A program made the translations under genes and the position numbers. The notes under the pieces were generated by a model that saw nothing but the letters and a program-made list of their open reading frames with translations, searched no databases and was not told the origin of the DNA. From NCBI GenBank assembly GCA_963663165.1, contig OY760175.1, forward strand, positions 288,001 through 352,000: a stretch of DNA of 64,000 nucleotides, written 5' to 3'. Source of the DNA: an uncultured Desulfospira sp. Lineage in GTDB: Bacteria > Desulfobacterota > Desulfobacteria > Desulfobacterales > Desulfobacteraceae. Positions 1-10,070 of this stretch are shown here, in pieces. Numbering within the stretch: position 1 is the first letter of the stretch; every line of letters starts with the position of its first letter.

Positions 1-21
1 TCAAGTCCCAAGTCTCAAGTC
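1..21. repeat. heptamer tandem repeat (YCAAGTC)x3, truncated by window edge
   Basis: tcaagtc-ccaagtc-tcaagtc; same unit type as 14077-14168. Confidence 0.6.
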
Positions 22-54
22 TTATATCTAAAAAATCAGGAGCCTTTAACTCGT

Positions 55-1518
55 ATGGCGATTACAAAATTAGAATCATCCAAAGATTATCTTCGCATCT
101 GGTTTCTCTGGAAACGGCAGGCCATCATTGTGTTTTGGGTTATTGTTCTTTTGGTGATGGCGTATGCCTATACGGCCAAATCCGTGTATGAGAGCAATGC
201 CGAACTGCTGGTCATGCCCAAAACCAGGGAAGGAGAAGTGATCAGTGCCGGTGAAGATGAGCGACGGGTGGTGCCGATTACGGAAAATGACATTTATACG
301 GAAATTGAAATTCTAACCAGCCATTCGGTTCTGGCCAATACGGTGAAATCCCTTAATGATGAACAGTCCAGTCTTTCAGATTCCAAAAAGTCCATTGTCT
401 CTTTGGTCCTGACCCCTATCAAGATGACGGGCAGCGTGATTTTAAGGGCACTTCACCTGACCACCGATCAAAGTTCTGAGTTGGAAAAAAAGGTGTCCAA
501 GCTAAAAGACTCACTGGTCATCAGCCCGGTGATTGATTCTAATATCATCACCATTGCTCTCCATGGAGAGGTGCCAAGAAACACCTATACCATCCTTCAA
601 ACACTTCTGGACAAATACTTTGAGCATCGAAGCCGGGTGTTTTCCCAAAGGGAAGGAATGCATTTTTTCAATGACCAGGCCACGGATTTTAGAACAAGGC
701 TTCAAGAGGCGGAAAGAAAGCTGAAGTCTTTTGAGTTCTCCCAAAATATTGTTAATTTCGGCGAGCAGATATTTACCGAGATTGAACTGCTCGCAAAGCT
801 GACCGAAGAGTTAAAAATGCTCGAGGTGAGCTATGCTCAAAACTGTGCCCGGATATCCATGCTCCGGTTGAAGATGAGTGCGGACACCACCCGGGTATAT
901 CTGACCCGTGATATGCGCCGGATTCCGGCTATTCTGGAACTTGAAAAAGGGCTGGTCCCGGTCCTCATTGAAAGAAGCGGTATCAGCGGCGGATTTACGA
1001 AGGGAAGCCGGGAATTTAAAATCATTGACCAGCAGATCGATATGCTCAGAAGTGAAATCCGGTTTGAAGTTGAAAAGGCCATCCGGACGGAAGAACTTGA
1101 AATTGAGAGCATGCGCATCAAAATTTTGAGCCTCAAAGAAAAAATTGCCCAGCTTCGGTCCAATGTCTGTGAACTCAATCAAAAAGGGCGCACCCATCAG
1201 GACCTGACACGGAAGGTGTCGCTTTACAGAAAAAACTTTTCCCTTTACGAAAACAAGGCTGAAGAGTCCAAGGTGTTTAACCGGAAAAGCGAAAGAAGGC
1301 TTGCCAATGTCAGTGTGTCATCAGAGCCTACCCTGCTCCAGAAGCCCATTGCACCCAAACGGGGCTCGCTTCTCTTGCTGGCCCTTGTTTCGGGCATTGG
1401 CGCTGCGTTAGCCCTTCCTTTTCTTCTTGAAGTGATTGACAATAAATTGAAATCCGCCGACGACGTGGAAGCGCTGGTTAAGCTGCCGGTAATATGCAGC
1501 TTTAACGATATCAAATAA
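55..1518 (+). CDS. polysaccharide chain-length determinant / GumC-Wzz family co-polymerase (copy 1)
   Basis: N- and C-terminal TM helices, YESNAELLV and TEIEILTS motifs, long coiled coil, P-rich segment before TM2; RBS aggag upstream. Confidence 0.85.
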   Translation: MAITKLESSKDYLRIWFLWKRQAIIVFWVIVLLVMAYAYTAKSVYESNAELLVMPKTREGEVISAGEDERRVVPITENDIYTEIEILTSHSVLANTVKSLNDEQSSLSDSKKSIVSLVLTPIKMTGSVILRALHLTTDQSSELEKKVSKLKDSLVISPVIDSNIITIALHGEVPRNTYTILQTLLDKYFEHRSRVFSQREGMHFFNDQATDFRTRLQEAERKLKSFEFSQNIVNFGEQIFTEIELLAKLTEELKMLEVSYAQNCARISMLRLKMSADTTRVYLTRDMRRIPAILELEKGLVPVLIERSGISGGFTKGSREFKIIDQQIDMLRSEIRFEVEKAIRTEELEIESMRIKILSLKEKIAQLRSNVCELNQKGRTHQDLTRKVSLYRKNFSLYENKAEESKVFNRKSERRLANVSVSSEPTLLQKPIAPKRGSLLLLALVSGIGAALALPFLLEVIDNKLKSADDVEALVKLPVICSFNDIK

Positions 1519-1545
1519 CCGTCAAAGAGCAATTTCTAAATCTCA

Positions 1546-2277
1546 ATGGAGTGGACAATGTTCAAAAGGACAAAAACGCAGGACGAACCGCCGAAACCAG
1601 TCATTACCGACCCGAAGCCCCGTTCTGGAAATTGGAACTTCTTTGATCTGCGGAACCGGAAACAGAGCGGAGACCTTGAAAAGAAAATCTATAATTTAAA
1701 AACGGAAAGCCAGCGAAAGGTATTTAATTTTGTGAGCAGCAGACGCCAGGAAGGGGTCACCACTGTCCTGGCCAATTTTCTGCAATACCTGCGTGAACAG
1801 GGCAGTGAAAAAAAGATCCTTATTATTGACGCCAATTTCCTGGTGCCCGGCCTGCACCGGGTGTTTAACAAAAAACTTTCCGCAGGCCTTGCCGATGTGC
1901 TGGCAGGGGGCATTCAGATTCATGAGGCCGTTATCAGCCTCAATGTGTTGAACATGAGCTTGTTAACCTGCGGCCAGGATTACAAGCGAATGGCGGGAAA
2001 CATCAGCCTGGAGCGGTTCAGCGAGGTGATTGAAGAGGCCAAAAAAGGGTTTGACTATGTGTTTATTGATTCCTCTCCGCTGCTGATTTCATCAGATGCC
2101 ATTTCAACGGCCATTGCTGCGGATGTGACCCTTCTGGTGATCCAGGCCCTCAAAGTACAGCGGGAAGTCGCCAGGCGCTCAAAAAGCCTTTTGACGGACA
2201 ATGCCTGTGAGATCGGCGGCGTTATTTTAAACAGAGTCCCCCAGGTGATTCCTTCCTGGGTTTACCGGATGATATGA
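1546..2277 (+). CDS. CpsD/CapB-family BY-kinase-like protein, degenerate P-loop (copy 1); alternative start 1558
   Basis: SSRRQEGVTT (Walker A position), IIDANF, VFIDSSP, GGVILN motifs. Confidence 0.8.
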   Translation: MEWTMFKRTKTQDEPPKPVITDPKPRSGNWNFFDLRNRKQSGDLEKKIYNLKTESQRKVFNFVSSRRQEGVTTVLANFLQYLREQGSEKKILIIDANFLVPGLHRVFNKKLSAGLADVLAGGIQIHEAVISLNVLNMSLLTCGQDYKRMAGNISLERFSEVIEEAKKGFDYVFIDSSPLLISSDAISTAIAADVTLLVIQALKVQREVARRSKSLLTDNACEIGGVILNRVPQVIPSWVYRMI

Positions 2278-3368
2278 ACCAGGGCAGAACCATGCTTGCG
2301 ATACTTAAGGAAACTCAAAAATGCGCACTGTTTGGCCTGATAGTGGTTTTTTTGTTTTCCTGTGCCGGCCCCAAGGTTGAGATCACATCGGATGTTATTT
2401 ATAACCGTCCCATGCCCAAAGGCGAGTTTGACTATGAGCTGGGACCCGGGGATATTCTGGAAGTCGTTTACCACTACACCCCGCGTCCGGACACCACAGA
2501 GTACCACCTGGCCGTGGGGGATGTGGTCCGGGTTGAATTTGCCTTTCATCCGGAAATCAACCGGGACTTAAAGGTAACGCCGGACGGCAACATTGCCATG
2601 CCCCAGAAAGGAGATGTCAAGGCCCTTGGGCTGACACCCACCCAGCTGAGAACAAAAATTACAGATCTTTACGCCAAAGAGTTTATTGAACCCGTGGTCA
2701 CCATTACCATGATTGAGTACAACAAGGCGGTGGAACACCTTAAAGTGGCCATTACCACAGCAGACCGCGGACAAAGCAAGCTGACCACCATACGGCCGGA
2801 CGGATATGTGTCTTTCCCGGTGATCAGGGATATCTTTGCCCGGGGAAAAACCGTCCCGGAGCTAAAGGAAATTGTCCAGGGGGAGTATTCCAAAGAGGTG
2901 GAGAACCTGACCATCACCCTGATTTTGAAAGTGATGAAATCCAATCTGGTGTTTGTCATGGGGGAAGTGAATGCCCCGGGCTACTATCTGATGGAACATC
3001 CCTATACCGTCAGCCAGCTGACCGCCCGGGCCGGGGGGCTTGCCAACACAGCTGAACCCAGCAGTGTTCTGGTCATCAGCCGGGATAAACAGCGCAAACC
3101 CTGGGGCCGGATCATCAATTTGAGAAAAGTGTTATCCATGGGGGACATCAGTCAGGACGTACTGCTCAACCAATATGACGTGGTGGTGGTGCCCAAATCC
3201 AAAATTGCAAGGGCAAACCTTTTTGTGGAGCAGTATATCAATAACATGATTCCATCAAATCTTGTCGGTGCGTATGATATGGGCGGCACGGGGCTGAACA
3301 CCCGTCCCATTATCAATGACGGTTATGGAGACGCAACCGCAGCACCCACGGCAGGGGATGAAGAATAA
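2274..3368 (+). CDS. wza: polysaccharide export outer-membrane lipoprotein (Wza/Poly_export + SLBB)
   Basis: lipobox LFSC, YELGPGD and YHLAVGD Poly_export motifs, VMGEVNAPG SLBB, LNQYDVVVVP. Confidence 0.85.
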   Translation: MNQGRTMLAILKETQKCALFGLIVVFLFSCAGPKVEITSDVIYNRPMPKGEFDYELGPGDILEVVYHYTPRPDTTEYHLAVGDVVRVEFAFHPEINRDLKVTPDGNIAMPQKGDVKALGLTPTQLRTKITDLYAKEFIEPVVTITMIEYNKAVEHLKVAITTADRGQSKLTTIRPDGYVSFPVIRDIFARGKTVPELKEIVQGEYSKEVENLTITLILKVMKSNLVFVMGEVNAPGYYLMEHPYTVSQLTARAGGLANTAEPSSVLVISRDKQRKPWGRIINLRKVLSMGDISQDVLLNQYDVVVVPKSKIARANLFVEQYINNMIPSNLVGAYDMGGTGLNTRPIINDGYGDATAAPTAGDEE

Positions 3369-3410
3369 AGGGCTGTAAATAACTTATCCAATAAAAGAGA
3401 TATTACTGGT

Positions 3411-4874
3411 ATGGCAATTACAAAATTACAATCCTCAAAAGATTATCTTCGCATCTGGTTTCTCTGGAAACGGCAGGCATTAATTGTTTTCGGGCTTATT
3501 ATCGTTTTGGTGATGGGATATGCTTATTCCGCCAAGTCGGTATATGAAAGCAATGCCGAACTGCTGGTCATGCCCAAAACCAGAGAAGGCGAGGTGATTA
3601 CCACCGGTGATGATCAGCGAAGAGTTGTGCCGGTCACTGAAAATGATATCTATACGGAAATTGAATTGATCAGCAGCCAGTCGGTACTTGCCGGTACCGT
3701 CCAGTCCCTTGAAGCGGATAAGGCCAACCTGATCGATCCCAAAAAATCTATTTTTTCTCTGATTCTGATGCCGGCCAAAAAGGTCATTAATGCTGTTTTG
3801 GGCATGTTTAAACTATCCTCCGACCCGGGCACAGAACTTGAACAAAAAGTGGCGGATTTAAGAGATGCGTTGAATATTTCCCCTGTCATTGAGTCCCACA
3901 TTATTGAGATCGCCCTTCATGGTGAGATTCCCCAAAATACCCTTGTCGTTCTTGAAAAACTGCTTGAAAATTACTTTCTGCACAGATCCAAGGTGTTTGC
4001 ACAGGAAAAGGGGCTGCACTTTTTCAGTGACCAGTCCCAGGAGTTTAAAACCAAACTGGATGAGGCTGAAAAGGAATTAAAGGCTTTTGAATTAAACGAA
4101 AATATATATAACCTGGAGCAGCAGATTGCCGCCGACATTGCATTGATTGCAAAGCTTACCGATGAACTCAAGATGATTGAGATCTCCTATGCCGAAGACC
4201 GGGCCCGGATCAGCATGCTCAAGCAGGAACTGATGCAGAATCCGGATATGGTTAACCTGTCCAAGGAAATGAACGATATCCCTTCCATCCAGGAGCTTGA
4301 AAAGGGGATGGTGCCGGTCCTGATCCAGCGCAGTGCCGTCAGCGGAAGATTTTCCAAAGACAGCAGACAATTTCACAACATTGACGGCCAGATCAAAATG
4401 CTCAGAAATGAGATCCGGTATGAAGTCGAAAAAGCCCTTTACACCGATGAACTTGAGTTAGAGGCCACGGCCATTAAAATTGAGAGCCTTAAACTCAAAA
4501 TAGCGGAACTCAGATCCGATGTGAACGACCTTAACCAGAAGGGGCGTTTCCACAATGAGCTGTCAAGGAAAGTGGATATCTATAAACAGAATTTTGAACT
4601 GTATGAAAGCAAGACCGAGGATGCCAAAGTGCTCAGTCGAAAAAGCAAGCGGAAACTGGCCAATGTCAGTGTGTCATCCGAGCCGAACCTGCAAGAGCAG
4701 CCCATTGCCCCCCAGCGGGTGACGCTGCTGATGCTTGCCCTGGCCGGTGGCCTGATGGCGGCGGTTTTTCTGCCCTTTATTCTCGAATCCATTGATAATA
4801 AACTCAAATCTGCCGATGACGTGGAGGCCCTTGTTGATTTGCCGGTGGTATGCAGTTTTAACAACATAAAATAG
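3411..4874 (+). CDS. GumC-Wzz family co-polymerase (copy 2)
   Basis: same length (487 aa) and collinear with 55..1518. Confidence 0.85.
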   Translation: MAITKLQSSKDYLRIWFLWKRQALIVFGLIIVLVMGYAYSAKSVYESNAELLVMPKTREGEVITTGDDQRRVVPVTENDIYTEIELISSQSVLAGTVQSLEADKANLIDPKKSIFSLILMPAKKVINAVLGMFKLSSDPGTELEQKVADLRDALNISPVIESHIIEIALHGEIPQNTLVVLEKLLENYFLHRSKVFAQEKGLHFFSDQSQEFKTKLDEAEKELKAFELNENIYNLEQQIAADIALIAKLTDELKMIEISYAEDRARISMLKQELMQNPDMVNLSKEMNDIPSIQELEKGMVPVLIQRSAVSGRFSKDSRQFHNIDGQIKMLRNEIRYEVEKALYTDELELEATAIKIESLKLKIAELRSDVNDLNQKGRFHNELSRKVDIYKQNFELYESKTEDAKVLSRKSKRKLANVSVSSEPNLQEQPIAPQRVTLLMLALAGGLMAAVFLPFILESIDNKLKSADDVEALVDLPVVCSFNNIK

Positions 4875-4880
4875 TTCCTC

Positions 4881-5058
4881 ACGGCCACGGGCCGTCTTGG
4901 TTATCCAACCAAGCACCGCCCACAACGAAAAATGAAAGTCTTTTCAGCTTGTTAGTGAGACTTTCTTATAACGGCCACGGGCCGCTTTGGTTATCCAACC
5001 AAGAGCCGCCCACAACAAATATTGAAAGAACTCAAAAGGTTGCTGAGTCTTTCATATA
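4881..5058. repeat. two tandem copies of ~90-bp structured element, family C (4881-4970, 4971-5058)
   Basis: acggccacgggccg..ttggttatccaaccaag..cgcccacaac..tgaaag..ctttc.tata; also at 48405-48584 and 53419-53508. Confidence 0.9.
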
Positions 5059-5141
5059 AAAAAAGTAAAGGGGAGGGCGGGCGCAAGGTTTAAAGAGTTA
5101 AGCATTTCAAGGATGGCGGATGAAAACCGGAGGGTGAGTCT

Positions 5142-5819
5142 ATGCAAAAGCAAGGCAGTTCAAACGCTTTGGGGTGGCATTTTTTTGACTTAAAAAACCG
5201 AAAACAAAGCGGGGACCTTGAAAAAAAAGTATTCCATCTTTTCTCCAGAGACGCTTGTAAAGCCTTTAACTTTGTGAGCAGCAGAAGAAAAGAGGGGGTG
5301 ACCACTGTCCTTGCCAATCTTGTCCAGTATGTCAGAGAACAGCGCAGCGGTAAAAAACTGCTGGTTATTGATGCCAATTTTGTAGCGCCGAGGCTGCACC
5401 ATGTATTTGGCCTCAAGCCCGATACCGGCCTTGCTGAAGTCCTGGCCGGCAACGCGACCCTTAATGAAGCCCTGGTGATTTTGCCTGAAGCCAACATGGC
5501 GTTGCTGCAAAGTGGAAAAACTTACCGGTCCATGACCGGGGATATCAGCCTGGAGCGGTTTCAGGCTGTGATCACCGAGGCAAAAGACAAGTTTGATTAT
5601 ATTTTTGTTGATTCTCCGCCTTTGCTGGCATCATCTTCGGCTGTTTCCACCGCGGTTTCGTCTGATGCCACCTTTTTGATCCTCCAGGCACTCAAGGTAC
5701 AGCGGGAAGTGGCCATGCGGTCTAAAAACCTCTTGGTGGAGAACAACTGCATGATCGGCGGTGTGGTATTAAACAGGGTCCCCCAGGTGATTCCTTCCTG
5801 GGTGTACCGGATTATCTGA
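5142..5819 (+). CDS. CpsD/CapB-family BY-kinase-like protein, degenerate P-loop (copy 2)
   Basis: SSRRKEGVTT, VIDANF, IFVDSPP; paralog of 1546..2277. Confidence 0.8.
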   Translation: MQKQGSSNALGWHFFDLKNRKQSGDLEKKVFHLFSRDACKAFNFVSSRRKEGVTTVLANLVQYVREQRSGKKLLVIDANFVAPRLHHVFGLKPDTGLAEVLAGNATLNEALVILPEANMALLQSGKTYRSMTGDISLERFQAVITEAKDKFDYIFVDSPPLLASSSAVSTAVSSDATFLILQALKVQREVAMRSKNLLVENNCMIGGVVLNRVPQVIPSWVYRII

Positions 5820-5878
5820 CCGGCACTTAAGCTTTAAAATAACCAAATTAACATAAAAGGGCATCTGAACCAGTCAAC

Positions 5879-7168
5879 ATGATCGCTTTATTACTCCCCA
5901 TAGCCGTCTTCCTTTTTCTTCTGTTTATCTGCTCTGTTTTCAAACCCAAATACGGGCTTTACCTGCTGGTGTTTATCCGGCCTATTATCGACAACCAGGC
6001 CTTGTACATCACGGAAAAGTTCCCGGGGCTTCCCTTCAATTATTTACAGACAGTGGGGGTTATTGTCCCCGTTATCCTGTTGTTTTCTTTAATGCTTAAA
6101 AAACTGGATGCCGCCAAGGCAAAGGTCCTGTTTTTTGACCAGAGAATTGCCAATTATTATGCGCTGTTTCTGCTGGCCGGCATTCCCGCAGTGGTGCTGG
6201 CCAGTGAGACGGTCCTCATGGTCGGGGACTGGCTCAAATACTTTACCCTGTGGACAATCCTGATCTATGCCATCAACATCATTGAAACCCCTGAAGACCT
6301 TAAACAGCTGTTTGTTGTGATTGTCATCAGTTCGTTTTATCCCCTGCTCCAATTTGTCATCCACCAGGTGACCGGAGATCTGGTGGATGACAGAGGGCAT
6401 CTTCGGAATCTGGGGGGGTACCCCCATCAGAACGTGGCCTCCAGAACCCTGTTGGCCTTTATACCGGCATATCTGTACATGATTTTCAGGGATCAGACAG
6501 CCAAAAAAATGAAGCTGATGTTTTTAGGGCTTTTGATGTTTCTGCTGTTATGCATTTATATGACCTACTACAGGACCCTTTTGCTGGCGCTGGCCGCGCT
6601 GTTGCTGTCCTTTGCCTATTTCAGGAAATATTATTTAACCCTGGTATTGTTGTTTTTGGCCGGCGTTATGATTATTCTCAGTTCTCCTTACCTGCTGAAC
6701 AAAGTCGTGGTCCAGTCCGGGACGGTCCTGTTGAATTTTGATGAGCTGTTCAACCCGAGACCTACCCCCTATGACAGCATCCTGGCCGGCCGGTTTGCCA
6801 CATGGCGGATCCTTACCGATCATTATCTGAGGCACTCCACGGTTATTCAGATGCTGTTCGGGTTCGGGTTCAGCCTGCCCACCCGTGCCGTTGAGGTGTC
6901 GACGGCCCATAATCAGTTTATCCAGACCATCTTTCGGTCGGGAACCATAGCGGCCGTGGTTTTTTATTTCTGGCTTTTTAAAACCATGTTGTTTTCTTTA
7001 AAGAACAATACCGGGCTGATTCCAAACGTCATATCCGCCTATATCATTGGCCTTTTGTTCGCCACCTTTGCCGGAGATTTTTTCAGTGATGCCAGAACGC
7101 ACTGGTTTTTAGCCCCATATCTGGCCATTATGATCAAGTATCACCAGTTTGCCCTGGAAAAGGAATAA
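5879..7168 (+). CDS. O-antigen ligase / Wzy-like polymerase
   Basis: polytopic membrane protein with TYYR, GRFATW, FGFG and AHNQFIQ motifs of Wzy_C. Confidence 0.8.
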   Translation: MIALLLPIAVFLFLLFICSVFKPKYGLYLLVFIRPIIDNQALYITEKFPGLPFNYLQTVGVIVPVILLFSLMLKKLDAAKAKVLFFDQRIANYYALFLLAGIPAVVLASETVLMVGDWLKYFTLWTILIYAINIIETPEDLKQLFVVIVISSFYPLLQFVIHQVTGDLVDDRGHLRNLGGYPHQNVASRTLLAFIPAYLYMIFRDQTAKKMKLMFLGLLMFLLLCIYMTYYRTLLLALAALLLSFAYFRKYYLTLVLLFLAGVMIILSSPYLLNKVVVQSGTVLLNFDELFNPRPTPYDSILAGRFATWRILTDHYLRHSTVIQMLFGFGFSLPTRAVEVSTAHNQFIQTIFRSGTIAAVVFYFWLFKTMLFSLKNNTGLIPNVISAYIIGLLFATFAGDFFSDARTHWFLAPYLAIMIKYHQFALEKE

Positions 7169-7173
7169 CATTC

Positions 7174-9030
7174 ATGTGCGGTATCCTTGGCGCCATTTGT
7201 TATGATGATGAGCAGCGATTTCGTGATGCCCTGGACCTGATGCATCACCGGGGGCCGGACAATACCGGTATATACCGGGCAGATCCCCATGTCCTTTTAG
7301 GGCACAAACGCCTTGCCATCATTGACCTGGATGAAAAAGCCAACCAGCCCTTTGTCGACAGCGGCGGCAAACATGTGATGGTCTTTAACGGGGAAATTTA
7401 TAATTACCTGGACATCAAAAAAGAACTCCAAGGACTCGGCGTCGTGTTTCGCACCGAATCCGACACGGAAGTCCTTTTAAAAGCCTATCTTCAATGGCAG
7501 GAAAACGCCTTTATCAAGCTGCATGGCATGTTTGCCTTTGCCATTTATGATCTGGAACAAAAAAAGATGGTCCTTGGCCGGGACCGGATGGGGGAAAAAC
7601 CCCTTTTTTATACCAAATCCGGCAACCGGTTCTTTTTCGCATCAGAGTTGAAAAGTATTTGCCGCCTGCTTTCAGACCGCCCGGTTGTTGACCTTAAGGC
7701 CCTGCTCGATTATTTGTCCTTTGGGTATGTCCCCACCCCCAAGACCATTTATTCGGGTATCCGAAAATTAGAGCCCGGGTCATATTTAAATATTGATGTC
7801 AAAACCCTTGAAACGGCCCAAAAACCCTACTATACCGCCCGGTTTGAAAACAGCATAAAGGACCCGGTACAGGCCGCCGAGATGTTTGATCAGATTTTGT
7901 CCGATGTCTCAAAAGAAATCACATTGTCAGATGTGGGGTATGGGGTGTTTCTAAGCGGCGGGGTCGATTCCAGCGGGGTTGCCGCTTACATCAGCCGGAA
8001 CAACAGCCGTGTCAACGCCTACACCATTGGATTCAATGACGCCCAATTTGATGAATCCCCTTATGCAACGCAGGTGGCCCGCCATCTTGACTTAACCCAT
8101 CATATCCTCACCTTGGATGCCGACAACCTCATTGACATCTATGAACAGATGGTTGACCTGTATGATGAGCCGTTCAATGATTTCAGCTTTATCCCCAGCT
8201 ACTTTGTTGCCCACCAGGCCAGGCAGTTTCAAAAGGTGATTGTTTCCGGGGACGGGGCAGATGAAATCTTTTCAGGCTATCAAAAATATCCGCGCCTTAA
8301 ACGGCTCACTGCCGTGTATCCGTTCAGGCCGGTTTGCAAGATGGCCGGGGCCTTGTCCATGCTGCTGCCGGAATCATCCGATTATAAGCGGCAGTTACAC
8401 CGGGTCGGGCTGTCACAAACCGAGCTGTTATTTGATATGATGGCCATTGTGTATAAGCGCCGGGAGCTTGCTAAAATTCTGGGGCCTGCCTTAAAACCCG
8501 TACACCTTCAATATTCTTCCGGCACCATTATCGAAAACCACATCAATGATTTGCCGGCAGACACGTCGCTGCTGCAAAAGCTACGGTATCTGGATGTTAA
8601 AATGCGACTGGTGGATGCCATGCTGGTCAAGGTTGACCGGGCATCCATGGCCAACTCCCTTGAAGTCAGGGCATTTTATCTGCACCCCAGGATAACGGAT
8701 TTTTCCTTTCAACTGGATGATACCCTGCTGGTCAGAGATAAAACCGCCAAGTTTATTTTAAAAAAGACGCTGGAAAACCGGCTGCCCGACCCCATCCTAT
8801 ACCGACCCAAGATGGGGTTCTCAATTCCGTTGAAAAAGTGGATCACCAAAGATTTAAAGCCTGTTTTTGACGAAGCGGTCGGGAACCTGCCCGATGAGCT
8901 GTTTGATAAACAGGCCATTGATGCCGTTGTCAGGCTCCACGAAAAAAGCCAGCGTGATTTTATCTTACAGCTCCACGCCCTGATGTTTTTAGGAACCTGG
9001 CTTAAAAGACGCAACATCAGTTTTTCTTAA
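7174..9030 (+). CDS. asnB: asparagine synthase (glutamine-hydrolysing) family amidotransferase, EPS-associated
   Basis: MCGI N-terminus, HRGPD, FNGEIYN, LSGGVDSS, SGDGADE, DRASMANSLEVR. Confidence 0.93.
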   Translation: MCGILGAICYDDEQRFRDALDLMHHRGPDNTGIYRADPHVLLGHKRLAIIDLDEKANQPFVDSGGKHVMVFNGEIYNYLDIKKELQGLGVVFRTESDTEVLLKAYLQWQENAFIKLHGMFAFAIYDLEQKKMVLGRDRMGEKPLFYTKSGNRFFFASELKSICRLLSDRPVVDLKALLDYLSFGYVPTPKTIYSGIRKLEPGSYLNIDVKTLETAQKPYYTARFENSIKDPVQAAEMFDQILSDVSKEITLSDVGYGVFLSGGVDSSGVAAYISRNNSRVNAYTIGFNDAQFDESPYATQVARHLDLTHHILTLDADNLIDIYEQMVDLYDEPFNDFSFIPSYFVAHQARQFQKVIVSGDGADEIFSGYQKYPRLKRLTAVYPFRPVCKMAGALSMLLPESSDYKRQLHRVGLSQTELLFDMMAIVYKRRELAKILGPALKPVHLQYSSGTIIENHINDLPADTSLLQKLRYLDVKMRLVDAMLVKVDRASMANSLEVRAFYLHPRITDFSFQLDDTLLVRDKTAKFILKKTLENRLPDPILYRPKMGFSIPLKKWITKDLKPVFDEAVGNLPDELFDKQAIDAVVRLHEKSQRDFILQLHALMFLGTWLKRRNISFS

Positions 9031-9090
9031 CATTTGAAGAGCGACCCGCCACATATTGCCGGCCTTTCGTAAAGGCTTTTGGAGAAAAGG

Positions 9091-10053
9091 ATGAAAATTT
9101 CAGTCGTTATCCCGGCCTACAATACGGAAAAATATATTGCCAGAGCCGTCAACAGCGCCTTGAACCAGACCTTTACGCCCTTTGAGATCATTGTGGTTGA
9201 TGACGGGTCTTCCGACAATACGGCTCAGAAGGCCAAAGCCTGCGCCAAGGACGTTATTGTCATTTCCCAGCCCAACGGAGGGGTTTCAAATGCCAAAAAC
9301 ACCGGCATTGCAAAGGCCAGAGGCGACTGGATCGCTTTTCTGGATTCCGACGATGAATGGCTCAGTTACCACCTTGAACAGGCCCGCGATATTCTATCGG
9401 GCCATCCGTTTTTGCACTGGTACTTTGGACTGGACATCATCAAATCTCAGGATACGGGAAGAATCCTTTATTTTAAACCCTTAAAAGAATCGGTCCGGGA
9501 TACCCTGCTGATACAGGGCGCCTATTTTGATAATTGTTTTGAAATTGAGGCCATTCACCCCATTATGACGACAGTTTCCGCCATCGTTAAAAAATCGGTC
9601 CTTTTATCCCTTGGCGGGTTTAACGAGTCCCTTGGGAGCGGAGAAGACCGGGAATTGTGGCTTCGGATAGGGCTTTCCCATCCAAGGGTGGGATATGGCG
9701 CAAGGCTTTCCGGTATTTACTGGATTCGCGGCAATTCCATCACCAATACCGCGAGTGTAAACCGGTCTTCGATGAATGATGCGCTCAAATTCCTGTTTCA
9801 TATGGACCGGGTTTCCGGCTCAAAGGGGCCGGTGGCCAAAAAGGCGGCCGAACCGTTTATTCTCGATTGTGCCCGGCGAACCGTTGCCAGGGCCGTTAAA
9901 TTTAATGACCTTAATGCTGTTAATGATATTTTCAAAAAATACGGGTATAAACTCGGGTTCCGGTATAACCTGCTGGCGTTTTTCGGCCGGTTCATCCCGC
10001 CTTCACTGATGCCGGCAGTCAAAAAACTTAAAGATACCGTAAAACCCCGATAA
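9091..10053 (+). CDS. glycosyltransferase family 2
   Basis: ISVVIPAYN, VVDDGSSD, FLDSDD, GED. Confidence 0.92.
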   Translation: MKISVVIPAYNTEKYIARAVNSALNQTFTPFEIIVVDDGSSDNTAQKAKACAKDVIVISQPNGGVSNAKNTGIAKARGDWIAFLDSDDEWLSYHLEQARDILSGHPFLHWYFGLDIIKSQDTGRILYFKPLKESVRDTLLIQGAYFDNCFEIEAIHPIMTTVSAIVKKSVLLSLGGFNESLGSGEDRELWLRIGLSHPRVGYGARLSGIYWIRGNSITNTASVNRSSMNDALKFLFHMDRVSGSKGPVAKKAAEPFILDCARRTVARAVKFNDLNAVNDIFKKYGYKLGFRYNLLAFFGRFIPPSLMPAVKKLKDTVKPR

Positions 10054-10070
10054 CAGGTGAACAAACGTAA

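Noticed and set aside
4881..5058. CRISPR array or integron attC interpretation of family C
   Set aside because: Units are ~90 bp and similar along their whole length with no unique spacers; no cas or intI gene; no proper RYYYAAC/GTTRRRY box arrangement flanking ORFs.
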